Shown here piece by piece: positions 1 through 14,393 of a DNA stretch of 64,000 nucleotides. This DNA comes from Eledone cirrhosa (Eukaryota), in NCBI GenBank assembly GCA_964016885.1, contig OZ024740.1, positions 113,274,001-113,338,000 of the forward strand. The letters are read 5' to 3'. The stretch's first letter is position 1; every line of letters starts with the position of its first letter. The translations under genes were made by a program, and so were the position numbers. The notes beneath the pieces were generated by a model. It saw nothing but the letters and a program-made list of their open reading frames with translations. It had not been told where the DNA came from and searched no databases.

Positions 1-2019
1 AACAAGTGAAAGAGGGGAGCTGGTACCCCTCCCCGACCTCACATAATCAGACATGGAGTGTGAGGTGGGAGAGGGATAACAAAAGGTCGCAAGAAGGCAC
101 AAACGCAGAAGCAGCGCATCGTTGCCTTCGAAAAGGGAGGAAAGAAATGAAAAAAAGGGTAAAGGCTACTGCAAATAGACTCACAGCAGCAACACCACCA
201 TCACCATCACCACCCACACTAGCACCACCATCACCACCGGCGACAACCCAACCGCCAACAACAACAACACCTTCAACACCCCCACCACATGCACCAACAT
301 CGCAAACACAACAAAACAAAACACACACACCCAGCAACAACGACAAGAAAATAGCAGAACCACACCCCACCCCCAGAAAAACAAATGCACGGCAATAAAT
401 ACACACAACAAAAAACTAATGACTTACATAATTGAACACACAGACATTTCACAGCACGACTACATAATACCAGCAGCAATCAAAACGCCAACGAACATAA
501 GACTGCTAAAAATAGCACAGAAACAATACCCAAACATTAAAACGAAATTTCCCAACGCAGTTGGTGATTTCAGAGATCTAGGAGGGACTCTCAACCGGAG
601 AGTATATTCGGACATACTCATAGAAGAGTCAACGACCAGCCGAAGGGACGATTCAACGGTCCCTTCACCAGACGATCAAGTGAAAAGGGATGGAGAAACC
701 ATCCTTCCTCTACGAAAAGTACGGTAAGTGGTCTTTCCCATCTTTTCCACTCCATTTTAAACATGACCTCACTCAGAATAGGCAGCATAAATGCGCGTGG
801 CTTGGGGTCGTCATGGAAGCAGAGTCACCTGCTCAACGACCTCAGGTCACTAAACATAGATGTAGTGGCCATAAGCGGGACCAGAATCTCCGAAGCACGG
901 GCCTTCGCACCGCTCTTCGGCGGCTACGATGTGTACGCATCTCCCAGCAGTCCTGGATCGGGGGGAAGAGTTACTGTGCTTTTTCGGAAAGGTTTGTATC
1001 TCGCCATACGGGAGAACTAGTTAAAAAATTAGATGAGGCGCCTAGCAAAGGCATCACGGCGACGTGCTTGCGGCGAAATTGGCCCTTGACCAATTCTTCA
1101 ATGCAAAGCACGAAGGCTGCGTTGTCAGAGCTAGGGTGCGTGCTTTCAGACACGAGGGGACGAAAGCCGTTCAATGGGCCCGAGTTGCGGAGGCGCGTCG
1201 TGGCAACAAAGACACGATCCGGTCTTTGGTGGACCACGACGGGCGCATGCTACTCGATCCTGGGCAAATGTGTGAAGCTTTTCAGCGACACTTCGCTCAG
1301 CGGTGGGCCGGGTCGAGGGAAGGACTTTAGTGTCTACCTCAACGGCCTGCCGCATGTCCGAGATGCGCGCAGGGCGACGAAACCGTCCTGCACGCACTCG
1401 TCCAGTGTCCGAAAATTGCTGACTTCTGGGTTTATGTCGAACACCTGCTGTCGCGTGTAGGACGGATCCGGCTATCATCTGAGTCCATCGTGGGGATTGC
1501 CACTCCTCCTCCTTTAGCCGGGAAGGGCAGGCAGTTTTTATCTGTCTGGTGGCCATGGCGAAAGAGATAGTATGGTGGACACGTTTAAAAGGGCTGAAGT
1601 CGAGCACTTACCTTTTCGGTGATGCCCTGATTGACTTTTTCAAATTTCATTTGAAAAGGAAAATCAGAGTAGAGAGGGAAGTGCTCTCTTCCCAGCATTT
1701 TGTTGAAAGATGGGTGAGAGAAGCAAGAATGGCCCGAGTGAATGGGCCTACTCTGAGTATATATATGTAAATTAAAGGTGGAAAACTGGGAGAGGGCACT
1801 TGCCTTAGTGGTCAGGGTCACTGTGGCCTTTTACTGGGCTTTCTCCACAAATATCCCTCCGAAGTCTCCCCCCCTATTGGGGAATTTTTCTTTGTTATTT
1901 TTTGTTACATCCTCTGTTTTTGTTTTTTACATACAGAAATGCCCATTTGTACCGTCCTGTATTGTCATGCACTGTCCTTAATGTCTACTTTATGTAGACT
2001 CTTGTGGTTAATAAAGAAA

Positions 2020-2060
<41 letters not shown>
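1..2060 (+). mobile_element. Internally deleted L1/Tx1-clade non-LTR retrotransposon (ORF1 remnant, APE endonuclease start, linker, C-terminal zinc knuckle, 3'UTR and (ATT)n tail; RT domain absent)
   Basis: 763-1020 reads MTSLRIGSINARGL...DVVAISGTR...SGGRVTVLF (APE N-terminus). 1064-1330 resembles the L1/Tx1 post-endonuclease linker. ~1358-1420 encodes CPRCAQGDETVLHALVQCP. 1549-1770 is a Tx1-like C-terminus. AATAAA at ~2010 precedes (ATT)n. Confidence 0.85.
763..1020 (+). pseudogene. APE endonuclease N-terminal fragment of LINE ORF2
   Basis: SINARGL and DVVAISGT motifs (S.N.RG and D...L.ET consensus, with E replaced by G); truncated by a deletion. Confidence 0.8.
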
Positions 2061-2063
<3 letters not shown>

Positions 2064-2124
2064 TGCTGGCCTTGTGCCTAAAGTAGAAAACATTATTATT
2101 ATTATTGTTGTTGTTGTTTTTAAA

Positions 2125-2338
2125 CGGCAGTAGATTGTCAGTACCGGTAGAGCCTCGGACAACATGTTTTGCAGCATAGAGTTTATGGCCATTTACGTTC
2201 TGTGTTCAAATTCTACCGAGGTCGACCTTTCCTCCTTCCGAAGCCGGTAAATATAGTAAATGTGTCAAATACTGGAAGTCAATATTATATTCGTTACGCC
2301 CACCGAAATTGCTGGCTTTGTGCCTTAAATTAAAAATC
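2125..2338 (+). mobile_element. tRNA-derived SINE (octopus-type), diverged
   Basis: gttcaaattc B-box-like motif, then gaggtcgacc, ending ttgctggctttgtgcc; similar to other copies in the window. Confidence 0.75.
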
Positions 2339-2344
2339 AGGATA

Positions 2345-2464
2345 GGCAGTATCGGTAGAGGGTCAGACGCCATGCTTTGAAGCATAGAGTTACCTGCCTT
2401 TATGATCTGAGTTCAAATCCCGCCGAAGTTAACTTTGCCTTTCATCCTTACGGGGTTGATATAA

Positions 2465-2465
<1 letters not shown>
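2345..2465 (+). mobile_element. SINE 5' part, broken off at a (TA)n tract
   Basis: ggcagtatcggtagagggtcagac...gagttcaaatcccgccgaagttaactttgcctttcatccttacgggg matches 21316-21495 and 59673-59858. Confidence 0.8.
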
Positions 2466-2751
<286 letters not shown>

Positions 2752-2839
2752 GTCCACATGAATGAACCTGTTATTTTATTTTTATCTAAAGATATTTTTT
2801 TCCAATTACACCCTTCAATATATCTTATTTCTCATTGTT

Positions 2840-2875
2840 TCTTCTGATGAAGGACTAGCGCCCGAAACGTTAAGA
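2840..2875 (+). ncRNA. Minimal type I hammerhead ribozyme motif in a PLE-type terminal fragment
   Basis: UCUU-CUGAUGA-AGG(actagcg)CCC-GAAAC-GUU-AAGA; stem I UCUU/AAGA, palindromic AACGUU, very short stem II. Confidence 0.65.
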
Positions 2876-2960
2876 TCCTCTTCCTGCCATTTCAAGCATT
2901 AACCTAATATATTCCTTCCATATACTGTACCGATTGTGTTGTTATTTCTGTTTAACTTTT

Positions 2961-3040
<80 letters not shown>

Positions 3041-3041
<1 letters not shown>

Positions 3042-3560
3042 AATGGAATAGAATGAAATGAAATTTCATTTCTCACTCTTAGTGCGGCACTTACTTAAAT
3101 GTAAGTATGTATGTATGTATACGTACATACATATATGTATACAGACGTGCAGTAGTATGTATATATATACATACATGCACACATATATATATGCACGTAT
3201 CGGTTTACCGAACATTTATTATAATGCTCAGCCGTTAATATGCATAAGGAAAGTATATACTTTCAGACGTTCAACCATTTGGCAGGAAGGTATACGATGC
3301 TGACGATAGCTAATTAGCTTGAAACTAGTACATCGTTCCTGTGTCAGTGTTGAACAAAAAGGTGACGTGGTTGCCTAAACACTGTACGGCGTAATTCGGG
3401 CTGTTTGTTTGTTTACAAACAAGAAAACCGAGCATATAATAAATGTTCGGTAAACCGATACGTGCATATATATTTGTGTGCATGTATGTATATATATATA
3501 TACTACTGCACGTCTGTATACATATATGTATGTACGTATACATACATACATACATACTTA
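3041..3560. mobile_element. Diverged fold-back copy of the 466-bp hammerhead repeat (minus arm ~3041-3222, plus arm ~3223-3560)
   Basis: Aligns by eye to the 466-bp unit (aaggaaagtatatactttc, tgaaactagtacatcgttcctgtgtcagtgttgaacaaaaaggtgacgtggttgcc); flanked by (TA)n on both sides. Confidence 0.9.
3294..3336 (+). ncRNA. Minimal type I hammerhead ribozyme
   Basis: ACGAUG-CUGACGA-UAGCU(AAUU)AGCUU-GAAAC-UA-GUA-CAUCGU; perfect 6-bp stem I. Confidence 0.85.
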
Positions 3561-3572
3561 TATATATATATA

Positions 3573-4388
3573 TTTAGTTAGCACCCCGAACGCATAATTA
3601 TGAATATAATGACTTATTTCCTAATGTTTGTTGAGTGAGTTGGAATTTGGCCGGAGTATCGCTAAAAAGCTTTCTCCGATATTGTATTTATTTATTTACT
3701 CTTGGTGCAACAGATTTGAAATTCCCGGTAAAAGGTTAGACTTTCTTTGTTTATTTTTTCATATATGAATATTGATTGTTCCTTATATCTCATTCTGTTA
3801 TTTTGCCCGAGAAAATATCTGTGTGTGTCATCAAATGTTGTACACACATAGATAATTTTTCAATTTCCAATTGAGCTCTAGCACGTGGCCCGAATTCCTT
3901 TTAGAGTTCATTTTCATGCGCATGTATTGTTTTCTTTTAGCGGTAATTTACTTCCTCATTTTTTAATCAGTTTGAGCATTTCTTTAGAACTGTTGGACTA
4001 GCAACCTAACTGATACCTCAGGCACTGATGATGATTATCGCTAAATACTGATGTTGGTTAGATTATCAATATTAGTATTAATGGGGCACCCACTGATGAA
4101 TTATAGGAGCCCACTTGAATATATATCTATTGAGGGTATACAAGCTCCTACATAAATTTGGAATAATTTCACCCAAATTGTAGGAATCCTTCTAATGAAA
4201 CGAGACGTCCGTCTGGGAAGAGATATATTCGATATGTCTCATATGAAATAATACAGCCAATTTTCCACGCAATACTTTTAGTTAGCACCCCGAACGCATA
4301 ATAAGGAATATAATAACTTATTTCCTAATGTTTGTTGAGTGAGTTGGAATTTGGCCGGAGTATCGCTAAAAAGCTTTCTCCGATATTG

Positions 4389-4394
<6 letters not shown>
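3573..4394. mobile_element. ~820-bp element with ~118-bp direct terminal repeats inserted in (TA)n
   Basis: 3573-3690 nearly identical to 4277-4394 (tttagttagcaccccgaacgcataat...ctccgatattgtattta), period ~704 bp. Confidence 0.75.
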
Positions 4395-4431
<37 letters not shown>

Positions 4432-5087
4432 GTCAAGGTTGATTAATAAAGTACCATTTCAATATTGGGGTCGATTCTCCCTATGTATCTCCTACTCACC
4501 AATTTCACTTACACTCTTTAAATCTCTAGAAGAAATCAGCTGCGTTTCGACCTTGAAAGGAATGAGCACCTCCAGTTTTAAATGCCGAAGTCATGTCATA
4601 TGTCATAAAGGCGCACCTACGTCTCCATCAGTAGTTAACGACTCCGACAACATGGAGTTATATGACAAACATGCTTTATTCTCATTCATCCAACAATAAT
4701 TCTCTTTACAGTGATCATAAATACCTTCGTATAGCTAATATTGAGTTTGATATATCACAGTTATTCCTTTGTTAACGTATGCCGCTTTTGTCTCAATATT
4801 ATACTGGCAATTTCCTTTTCTGTCCTCTTAAAACAACAATATGTGCAATATTTAACTGATACAAAGACACGCACAGGCACACTTAGTAACATAATTGCTC
4901 TCATAAAGATAAAAAATATTAGCTTTCATGAGTTTTATTGTAGCACAATAAAGCAATGCAAATATCGGATAAGTAGCACTCTACAGTTTGTAGGACTGGA
5001 GTATAAATAATATAAGATCAAAAGATGGTTAAAAGAGTTCCATAATAAAATATTTGGAACTCTTTTAACCATCTTTTGATCTTATAT

Positions 5088-5121
<34 letters not shown>

Positions 5122-5133
5122 CATATATATATA

Positions 5134-5360
5134 TAGGAAAAAGTATGACCCCGACGGCAGAGCACAAACCGTTTCGACGGATATTTCTGGACTCTTTTAC
5201 TATATTTTACTATATTTCTGAGTCCAGAAATAGCCATCGAAACGGCTTGAGCTCTGCCGTCGGGGTCATACTTTTTCCTATTTCCCACTCTCCTACCCTA
5301 AGTATTGAGTACTCTGGTGCGTTATGGTCCATCTGGTTCCTTACCACAACTCTTTCGTTA
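5134..5360. mobile_element. ~210-bp fold-back family copy (diverged)
   Basis: Inverted arms taggaaaaagtatgaccccgacggc / gccgtcggggtcatactttttccta; tail shared with 30524-30731. Confidence 0.85.
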
Positions 5361-5837
5361 TATATATATATATATACTTACATACATACATACATACATG
5401 AATACATACATACGCACATACATACACATGTACATACATACATACACACATACATACATACACACGTACATACATATGTACATATATACATACATATGTA
5501 CATATTTATATATATATATACATATCTATATATATATACATATTTATATTATATATGTGAGTGTGTGTGTGTTTGTCTCAGTGTGCGTGTGTGTGTTTGT
5601 GTGTGCGTGTGTATGTGTGTGTGTGGACAAATATCCATGCATCTGTCTTATATGATTGTTTGACTGCAGGACTGGAATAATATTTGTGAAAGCTAGCATC
5701 CGGCCTAATTCATCATATGTATATATATCTGTTTCTATATACGTATGCATATGGTGTGTGTGTATATATATACACACACACACACACTCACAGACACAGA
5801 CACACACACAGACACACAGACACACACACACACACTC

Positions 5838-5868
<31 letters not shown>

Positions 5869-6925
5869 TGTATATATGTATGTATATACACATACACATA
5901 TGTATATGTATACATAAATACACCCCCCACACTACACACACACACACACACATATATATATACATATTTATATATATATACACGCGTGCGCACATACTCA
6001 CAAATATATGAATATGTGTAGAAGTGAATGTAGTTTATTTAATATGGAAAGTGCGTGCATTGGCATTTGAGCCTTACGTATTCTGGTATGCCGGCAGACT
6101 GATATATGTATGTAATCCAGCATTGGAAATATTGTCCGGTTCATCGTATGGATGAATGTTGTGCTGTGTAGTGGTGTGGTTGTGGCTGAGGTTGATGGAT
6201 CTATGAATGAATTAAAAACCCTTCTCTTTCAGCAAGCTCTCCCTATCATAACTATATTCACCTTTAACCAAGATGCAGATTAAGAATGGTGAAAGATGCT
6301 TTGTGTGCATGAAAGACAGAATGAGAGAACGAAAGCAAGGAAGAAGAAACAATGTTAGAGATATATTGTTAGGTTATACTTGTTGCATCTATTGATGATG
6401 TTGCTGCTGCTGCTGCTGTTGCGTTTGATGGCGGTGTTGGTTATGTTAAGAAAGCGGCGTTGAGAGGAAGGCGGTGTGAGAGCGTGCGTGCATGCAGGAA
6501 AGTGATCTGCAGCTACTTTAAACCAAATACTGTATGGTTTAACAAGTAAGGTAGGATAAATGGAGGAGCGTTATTTATCTCGTCCTTTACTTCACAGATC
6601 ATGATCGAAACCTTTTGTCAACCACCCTCACCTCTTACCACACTACCACTCACCTCCTACTCGTTTACTCTCTACAACATCTAGTCATGATTACACAGAT
6701 AATATCAGTTTACACATATCCTAGCAGGGACCCGATGACTTTATTTGCCAATTTCTCTATAATTGGGATTACTTCCAAGATCTTATGTTACTTGATGGTG
6801 CCACCATTTATACGAGATACTTTCATTAAATTCTGCATCTTTTTACTTCTTTTTCCTTCACTATATCTCTTTTTCTTTCCCTTTCACCCTTCATCTCATT
6901 TTACTTTCTTTTTCTCTATTACTAT

Positions 6926-7051
<126 letters not shown>

Positions 7052-7062
7052 ACACACACACT

Positions 7063-7093
<31 letters not shown>

Positions 7094-7716
7094 GTATATA
7101 CATTTTCCTTTTCTTCCATTTGCCTCTCATTCATTTCCTAATATGTTTATTTTCTTTCTTCTCACTATTTATGGTCTATGTTTCTCTCACTCTCTTTTCC
7201 TATAAATTAATATAGCGATCTATCTATCTATCTATCTATCTATCTATGTATCTATCTATCTATCTATTTATCCATCTATCGATCTATCTATTTATATGTC
7301 TGTTTGTTTATCTATCTACCTATCAATTTATCTATTTCTTTCAATCTTTTCCTCCATTATCTCTGTTTACTCGAGCTTCAGTTCGCCATTGCTGTCAAGA
7401 ATGTTATGTTCCTGAGTTCTGGTGTATTGTTGCTATGTATGCATAGACATGTCTCTACATATATTGCTAAGCACAACGGATTGGCAAAACTATTTGCTAT
7501 TAGGAGGACAGAATTATTATACAGCAGAACTAACATTTTAGAAAATGAATATTAGTTGGCTATATTACATAAGCATAACTCAAAACTCTGAACGCAAAAT
7601 GGATCCATGTTTCAAAATCCTGCCACTTACATTTTTAGAGTCCATAAAAAAGGACTACTTACGTACATCCTCCAAGCTGTATACTATTATGCTTTTGTTA
7701 TAAAATTATACATAAT

Positions 7717-7903
7717 TGTTTCTACTTTTTGGCACAAGGCCAGCAATTACCCAGTGCATTACTGGTACTTTATTTTATCGACCCTGTAAGGATGAAAGGC
7801 AAAGTTAACCTCGGCAGGATTTGAACTCAGATCAGAAAGGGGCGTAACTCTGTGCTACAAAGCATGTTGTCCGACCCTCTACCGATACTGCCAAACCACC
7901 ACC
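7717..7903 (-). mobile_element. Full-length SINE with ~17-bp target site duplication
   Basis: Reverse complement of the SINE family sequence; ataaaattatacataat at 7700-7716 and 7907-7923. Confidence 0.9.
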
Positions 7904-7989
7904 CTAATAAAATTATACATAATATCAGATGAATAGAGTAGATGAGATGAGGTTTGTGTTACACATTTTGCTACCAAAGTATCTATGTA

Positions 7990-8528
<539 letters not shown>

Positions 8529-9244
8529 ACTTATATAGCGAGAGAGAAAGAGAGAGATAGAGAGAGAGAGAGATGGATATATGGATATATAGTTAGATAT
8601 TATGTCTGAAAACATGACCGTATGGTGAGAGTTTGAAGTTCTTTGATCGCGTGTCTGTTCAATGGGAGATGACTTGGAGATATACAACTGCGAAGCTACC
8701 TTTCTGTGACATGGCCTGCAGCTCAATGAATCATAGCACAAAGACCTATGATTCGCTGCAATACGACATTGTACGAATTAAAATATTACTTGATACCGTT
8801 TTTCTCCTATCATCAATTATAAAATTCACGATAGGAATCTTTAACCTGTCTCATAAGTCAATTGTCTCTTTGTCGTCAACCACTTTTGTTGTATTGACTC
8901 TCCTAGTGCTAGAGGCTTAGTAAGGTTCTTAAGTCAGGGGTTTAGTCTTTAAAATCACTAAACCTATGACACAACCGTGTTAAGACGATCTGAGGCTTCA
9001 CTGATTGCAGAGAAATATCGACCCCTCACTCAGAAGTGCTCTGCCTAGACAATTTCTCTCAGTTCAACAGGGTCGGAATTCGAGTTCAGAAGATAAAGAG
9101 CCGGAACGATTCCATATGGACTGGTATTTCATTTATTTTATCGTCCCCAAAACGAGGGAGAGCAAATTTTACATTAGGATTTGGACCGCTATGTGTGTGT
9201 GTGAATAGTTTCGTGTTGTATGTATGTATGTATGTATGTATGTA

Positions 9245-9860
9245 GTATGTTACCAGTAGCACCAGTTGGTGCTACTGGTAACATGTATCCCAGTACAACC
9301 TGTCTCGTGGTCGGGTCGTTGGCGACTAAACTGGCAACCCCACCAAGGTTTCTTGGTGAGGAGGGTGACTTTGGACATCCTGCAGGACTAAAAACAAAAC
9401 CTGTCAAAGGGCAAAGGAGCTCTTAAGAGTCAATGGCCATCCAAAATCACCGGGAGAGATGACCCCTTAGCCTTTGTCAAGGCAGAATTCTAGGAGAAGG
9501 AAAACTCTGATATAATACCTGCAACCCTGATGGTATCCAATGATGTTGACTTGTTCTTCTTTTTGGTAAATATCATCTTGGTTAAGAGAGTGGGACTGGC
9601 TTTGTGCAGTGCCTTTGCTCACTATAAAAGCTTCACGGCACAGGCATTGCTTTATATCTGGAGATCTCTCTGCACTTGTCATTACATGGTACCATGGGCC
9701 CAGCACTATGTGTCAATAATTGTCACAAGTGTAGTGTTTGTACCAGAGTTTTCAAGTGGCTGGCTGGACTAAAAAGTCACACTCGTTCAGCGCATTGGTA
9801 GGCGTTCTCCTACATGGATATAAAGTAGTGGCCGTACTCGAAAACGAGTTGGCAGCCACC
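9245..9860 (+). mobile_element. Interspersed repeat resembling an RTE-type LINE 5' region; related copies at ~9960-10240 (+) and ~33540-33720 (-)
   Basis: Shared ttctaggagaaggaa.actc and gatgatgttga...gagagtggga.tggc motifs; gtgctactggtaacatgta.cccagtacaa recurs reversed at ~33690-33720. Confidence 0.5.
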
Positions 9861-10484
9861 ATGTATGTATGTATGTATGTATGTATGTATGTATGTATGT
9901 ATGTATGTATGTATGTATGTATGTATGCATGTATGTATGTATGTTTTTTTCATGCGCGGGGGACATAGAAATAATCGGGCTGGATACCCGATCGCGCGGT
10001 TAAACTACTGGGAATGAAGGACCCCTATTCTCTGTCAGGGCATTCTTCTAGGAGAAGGGAACTCAGGAAACTGAGATAACTCCGACATAAAACTGCGGCC
10101 CAGTAGTTACCGATGATGTTGATCTTTTCTTCTTTTCGGGTTATAGTTACTGTCACTCAGAGAGTGGGATTGGCTCAGTGCACAGTCTTTCCTCACTTAA
10201 AAAAAAATCTTCACGACAGGCATTGCACGATAGCATTAATTGATAATTATTAATAATGTTATACTCGATAACGAGGGGGCAGCCACCATATATGTTTATA
10301 TGTATGTATGCATGTGTGTATGTCTGTATGTATGCATTCATGCTTGTATGTATGTGTATTTAAATTATCTATATTCTTGGACATTAGAAGCTGGTTTCTA
10401 ATAAAGAAACAAAGATCCGTCGCTGGAGTTTTGATTCCAGGAATAATGCGTTACATGTTAACCCATAGAAATGTCTTTCATATA

Positions 10485-10560
10485 CAGGGTGGCCCAAAAG
10501 TTACCTCATCATTTAATATAATTATATATAAAACGGGCTAGTGAATTTTGGGACACCCTG
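10485..10560. mobile_element. 76-bp Tc1/mariner-type MITE
   Basis: TA-cagggtggcccaaaagtta ... tgaattttgggacaccctg-TA: imperfect TIRs with TA duplication. Confidence 0.8.
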
Positions 10561-10669
10561 TATTTGCTGTGCCACAGATTGTACTTGTTTTTTAAAGTGT
10601 GTGTCAGCTGGTTAATTTTTTTTCCCGAAAATTCTGGCGTTTTGAAATTATCCCTTAGGCATCAACCCC

Positions 10670-11800
10670 ACAACCACGTCGACTGCGGCCACGACGACAA
10701 CGATCATGATGGGCATGGCACCAGCATGACCAGGGACACCACTACAAAACCAAGACAATTACACTCTCACCAGCTCATCAATACATCAACAATTAAACTG
10801 CTGCAAACGTGAACACTAAAATTAGTCCCATGAAAGTCACTTAAACTTAAATTATTACAAGACCCACAAAAACGTTATTAATCACACCAATATATCCAGC
10901 ATCATTAATAACAACACTGGCACTCTACCCCCATTAATGCAACGACGATCACTACCACCACCACCACCACTACCACCACCACCTCTATTACTGTCACTAT
11001 CACCTCCACCTCTACTCTAAGCCCCCCTCACCGTACTAATGACCATTATCCGCATCACCGTCACCGCTACAATCACTATAACGACAACAACGACCTTCAC
11101 CACCACCACCACCACCCCCACCACCACCATTACCACTACCACTTCTACCTCTATAATCACGATTATCACTACTACCTTCATCAGCATCAGCTCTGATCAC
11201 TAACACCGATGGCTATTTTTTTCCATGACCTTTAAAAGCAATAAAGGTTGCAATAGGCTGGCTATCCACTCTATCAGTAGTCCAGTGTCGCAATCCGATA
11301 TCTCATTCTCGATCCAGCAACTGCCCCATTCATTCCATATAGAATAACAGAGATGATTAATACCCATTAATATCATTTTCATAGATGATATTGAAGGTGG
11401 AGTTGGTGGGGGCTGTAACAACAGCTACAGCAACAACAACAGCGGCAACAACAAGGATAACAGTAATTACTACAGCAACAACAATGATAACAACTCCTTA
11501 AGCAATTATAAAAACAACAACAGTTACCACTCTAACAGCAATAATATAAGAAACAACTGCAGCAACAGCAGCAGCAACAATAATAACAACAATTACCACA
11601 ACAACAAAAGAAGCAGCAGCAACAGAAACAGCAGAAGCATCAACGACAACAACGGTAACAATTACAGTACTTACCACAACAAGAACAACAACAGCAATCA
11701 CAAAATCAACTCCTACAGCAGTTACATTAACGACAACAGTAGCAACATTATTACAACAACAACTATAACACCAATCTTAGCAACAACAAGGGAATCAGCA
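10670..11800. repeat. Degenerate (CAC/CAA/CAG)n trinucleotide low-complexity region
   Basis: Runs of accaccacc, aacaacaac, agcagcaac. Confidence 0.8.
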
Positions 11801-13273
11801 AAAATACTATAACCATAGTTAGACTCAACTCATTACGCCATCAACTTACGCTATTAACAATACACTAGAGATATTAATTTATGACAAGTGTTTCACTGGT
11901 ACCTTCTTTACTTGAGGGCCAGAGCATATATTTATTGTTCTTACTGGCTAAACCTAGCCTGACAGTAGTTCAAAGGGCTTATTATGTATTTTGAAAATTT
12001 AACTACACTAACAAGCTATAATTGTTAACCTGAAGATGCATAGTTCGTAATATCTGCCTGTTCAACTGCTTCAGTTAAGTTCATCCAGCGATCTATATAC
12101 CTGCTTATTTGCTTCACACCTCTCCTCTTTTCTCCGTAAACATAATGTGTCGCTATCCAAAGCCGGCCTTAATCATTTCCATTCAGTCTTTTCTTTCTTC
12201 TCGTATTGTTCCCCTTGTATATGTCCTGATCAGCCTTGACTAAGTACGTATGATTAAACGTGAAACGACCGTGGCTATTGCGTCAGTTTATCTCAAGATC
12301 TACATTGTCCACTGTGGACTTATTTATTTAAAATTGGAGGACATTGTTTTATTGTTTAGCTTCGGGCTAAACGTGATTGTGCACACACATTATCCAAGTG
12401 ATACAACCGTAAACATTATTTCTAGATGAGGATCTACAAATGTCATTACTTAAGACCGCAGAACGTTATTATTGATGCTGCTATTATTGTCGAAAAACTG
12501 GAGAAATTGCATTCAGGACTAATCAAACTAAAACAATTCCGAATTTTTGTATGTTAGTATCCAGATTGTCCCATCTGTTAGACACGCAGTAACTAACAAC
12601 AGAATGTTTTAAGTCTGCATGTCTGACATATATGCGTAGCTTGTGAATAAAAAATTCAAGGGGTTTCGCTGGCCTGCCAAACATCTTTTGTAATGTATCG
12701 TCTTATTGGCTAATCAACCAATGAGATTAATTGTTGCTCAAAAGCATCCGCCACTTTGTTTACACATTCATTTATCGTTTCGCTTTCGAATCTTCCTCCT
12801 GTATATCGTCGTTTATCATCAAAATATTTTACTCGTTTTGGTAAGTTATATTGTTAATTTATATATGATTTTCTAAATTTATATTAACTATTTTTTTTCA
12901 GTTCGTTATAACATGCTTATAATATTGGTTGTATCATATTTACTTGTATATTTGTCCATATTATTGTTCGTTAGATTATTTTATTATTAAGATTATTTTT
13001 TATTATTATGTTAGACTATTTGTATGATTTATTTAATTTTTATTAATTCAACTATAACAATTATTATGTAAAATATATTTATTTAATATTGATTGTTTTT
13101 TGTAGCTGTTTATATTAAAAGTCTGAAAATATTTTTATACATTTTACAATAATATTTATAAGATCATTTATAAAATAACAATTATATAATCTAATTACAT
13201 TACAACGATAATTTATTATTAATATATTTGTTTAACTAGAGTTATTACAAGCATTGCTTTAAACAAATATTAA

Positions 13274-13719
13274 ACTAGACCTGAAAAATGCGCAAGCTCA
13301 AAAGAGCCATAGAATGTTATAATAAACCTTCAAAAGTGTGGGACTAGAGTTGTTGCTCAAAAATATTGTAATCATTATCTATCGTACACTCTGTAGTATC
13401 TTTTTATATGATAGAGACTCATAACGAATTCAAGACGACACGATAATTATTTAAGTGAATTTATAATATAGAATTCGGTTTAAGCGCATTTCGTATTAAT
13501 CATTACTAAACATCTAATATAAGATATTGAACATTAGCTTAAATAATTATCGTGTCGTCCTGAATAAGTTATGAGTCTCTTTTTTATAAAAGGATGCCAC
13601 AGGGTGTACGATAGATAATGATTACAATATTTTTTAGCAACAACTATAGTCCCCCACTTTTGAAGGTTTATTATACTATTCTGTGGCTCTTTTGAGCTTG
13701 CGCATTTTTGAGGTCTAGT
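13274..13719. repeat. Fold-back element with ~180-bp inverted arms, ACTAG...CTAGT ends
   Basis: 13274-13455 is the diverged reverse complement of 13538-13719. Confidence 0.85.
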
Positions 13720-14024
13720 ATACATATCTATAGCCACAATGAAACAGCGTGGTTTGTTGAAGATGTGGTTGAATTTTCTAGCAGTGCGAGTGACTCGGTA
13801 GGTGTTCAATGTTTGTTCCTGTTCCTGCAGGGTCTCAATTTAGCGAAGTTCAAGATAAATTAGCCCATTTTGACCATCCAAATATGAATGGTTTCAGCAA
13901 AGATCAAGAGTAACCCACCTCCTTCAATTCATTTACTTCCACTCTAAATGAATAACAGATAAATGTATACTCACCTTTGTATTCGTCTCTAAGACAGCTT
14001 GTAAATATGTGTATATAGATACAT

Positions 14025-14055
<31 letters not shown>

Positions 14056-14297
14056 TATAGAGTATTTCCGTAGAACGGTAAAGGAAAGAAGAGTGCTCTA
14101 TATATAGTACAGAGCTATTTAATAATGTAATAAACAACACAATACAATTATTCCATTAGGAAAATTTTCCTTCCGATGAACGACTCCGGACGCCTCTGTT
14201 GGGGGTCATCTGTCTTCGTTAAACCTTTGGTAATGGAATAATTGTATTGTGTCATTTATTACATAATTATATATATACACACATGCATATATATATG

Positions 14298-14391
<94 letters not shown>

Positions 14392-14393
<2 letters not shown>

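Noticed and set aside
11420-11800. Hydrophobic V/A-rich ORF resembling a membrane protein
   Set aside because: Reverse translation of a degenerate (AAC/AGC)n repeat
13740-14000. Possible host exon on the minus strand (GTGAGT and AG words)
   Set aside because: In-frame stops and no recognisable protein; cannot be supported without transcript data
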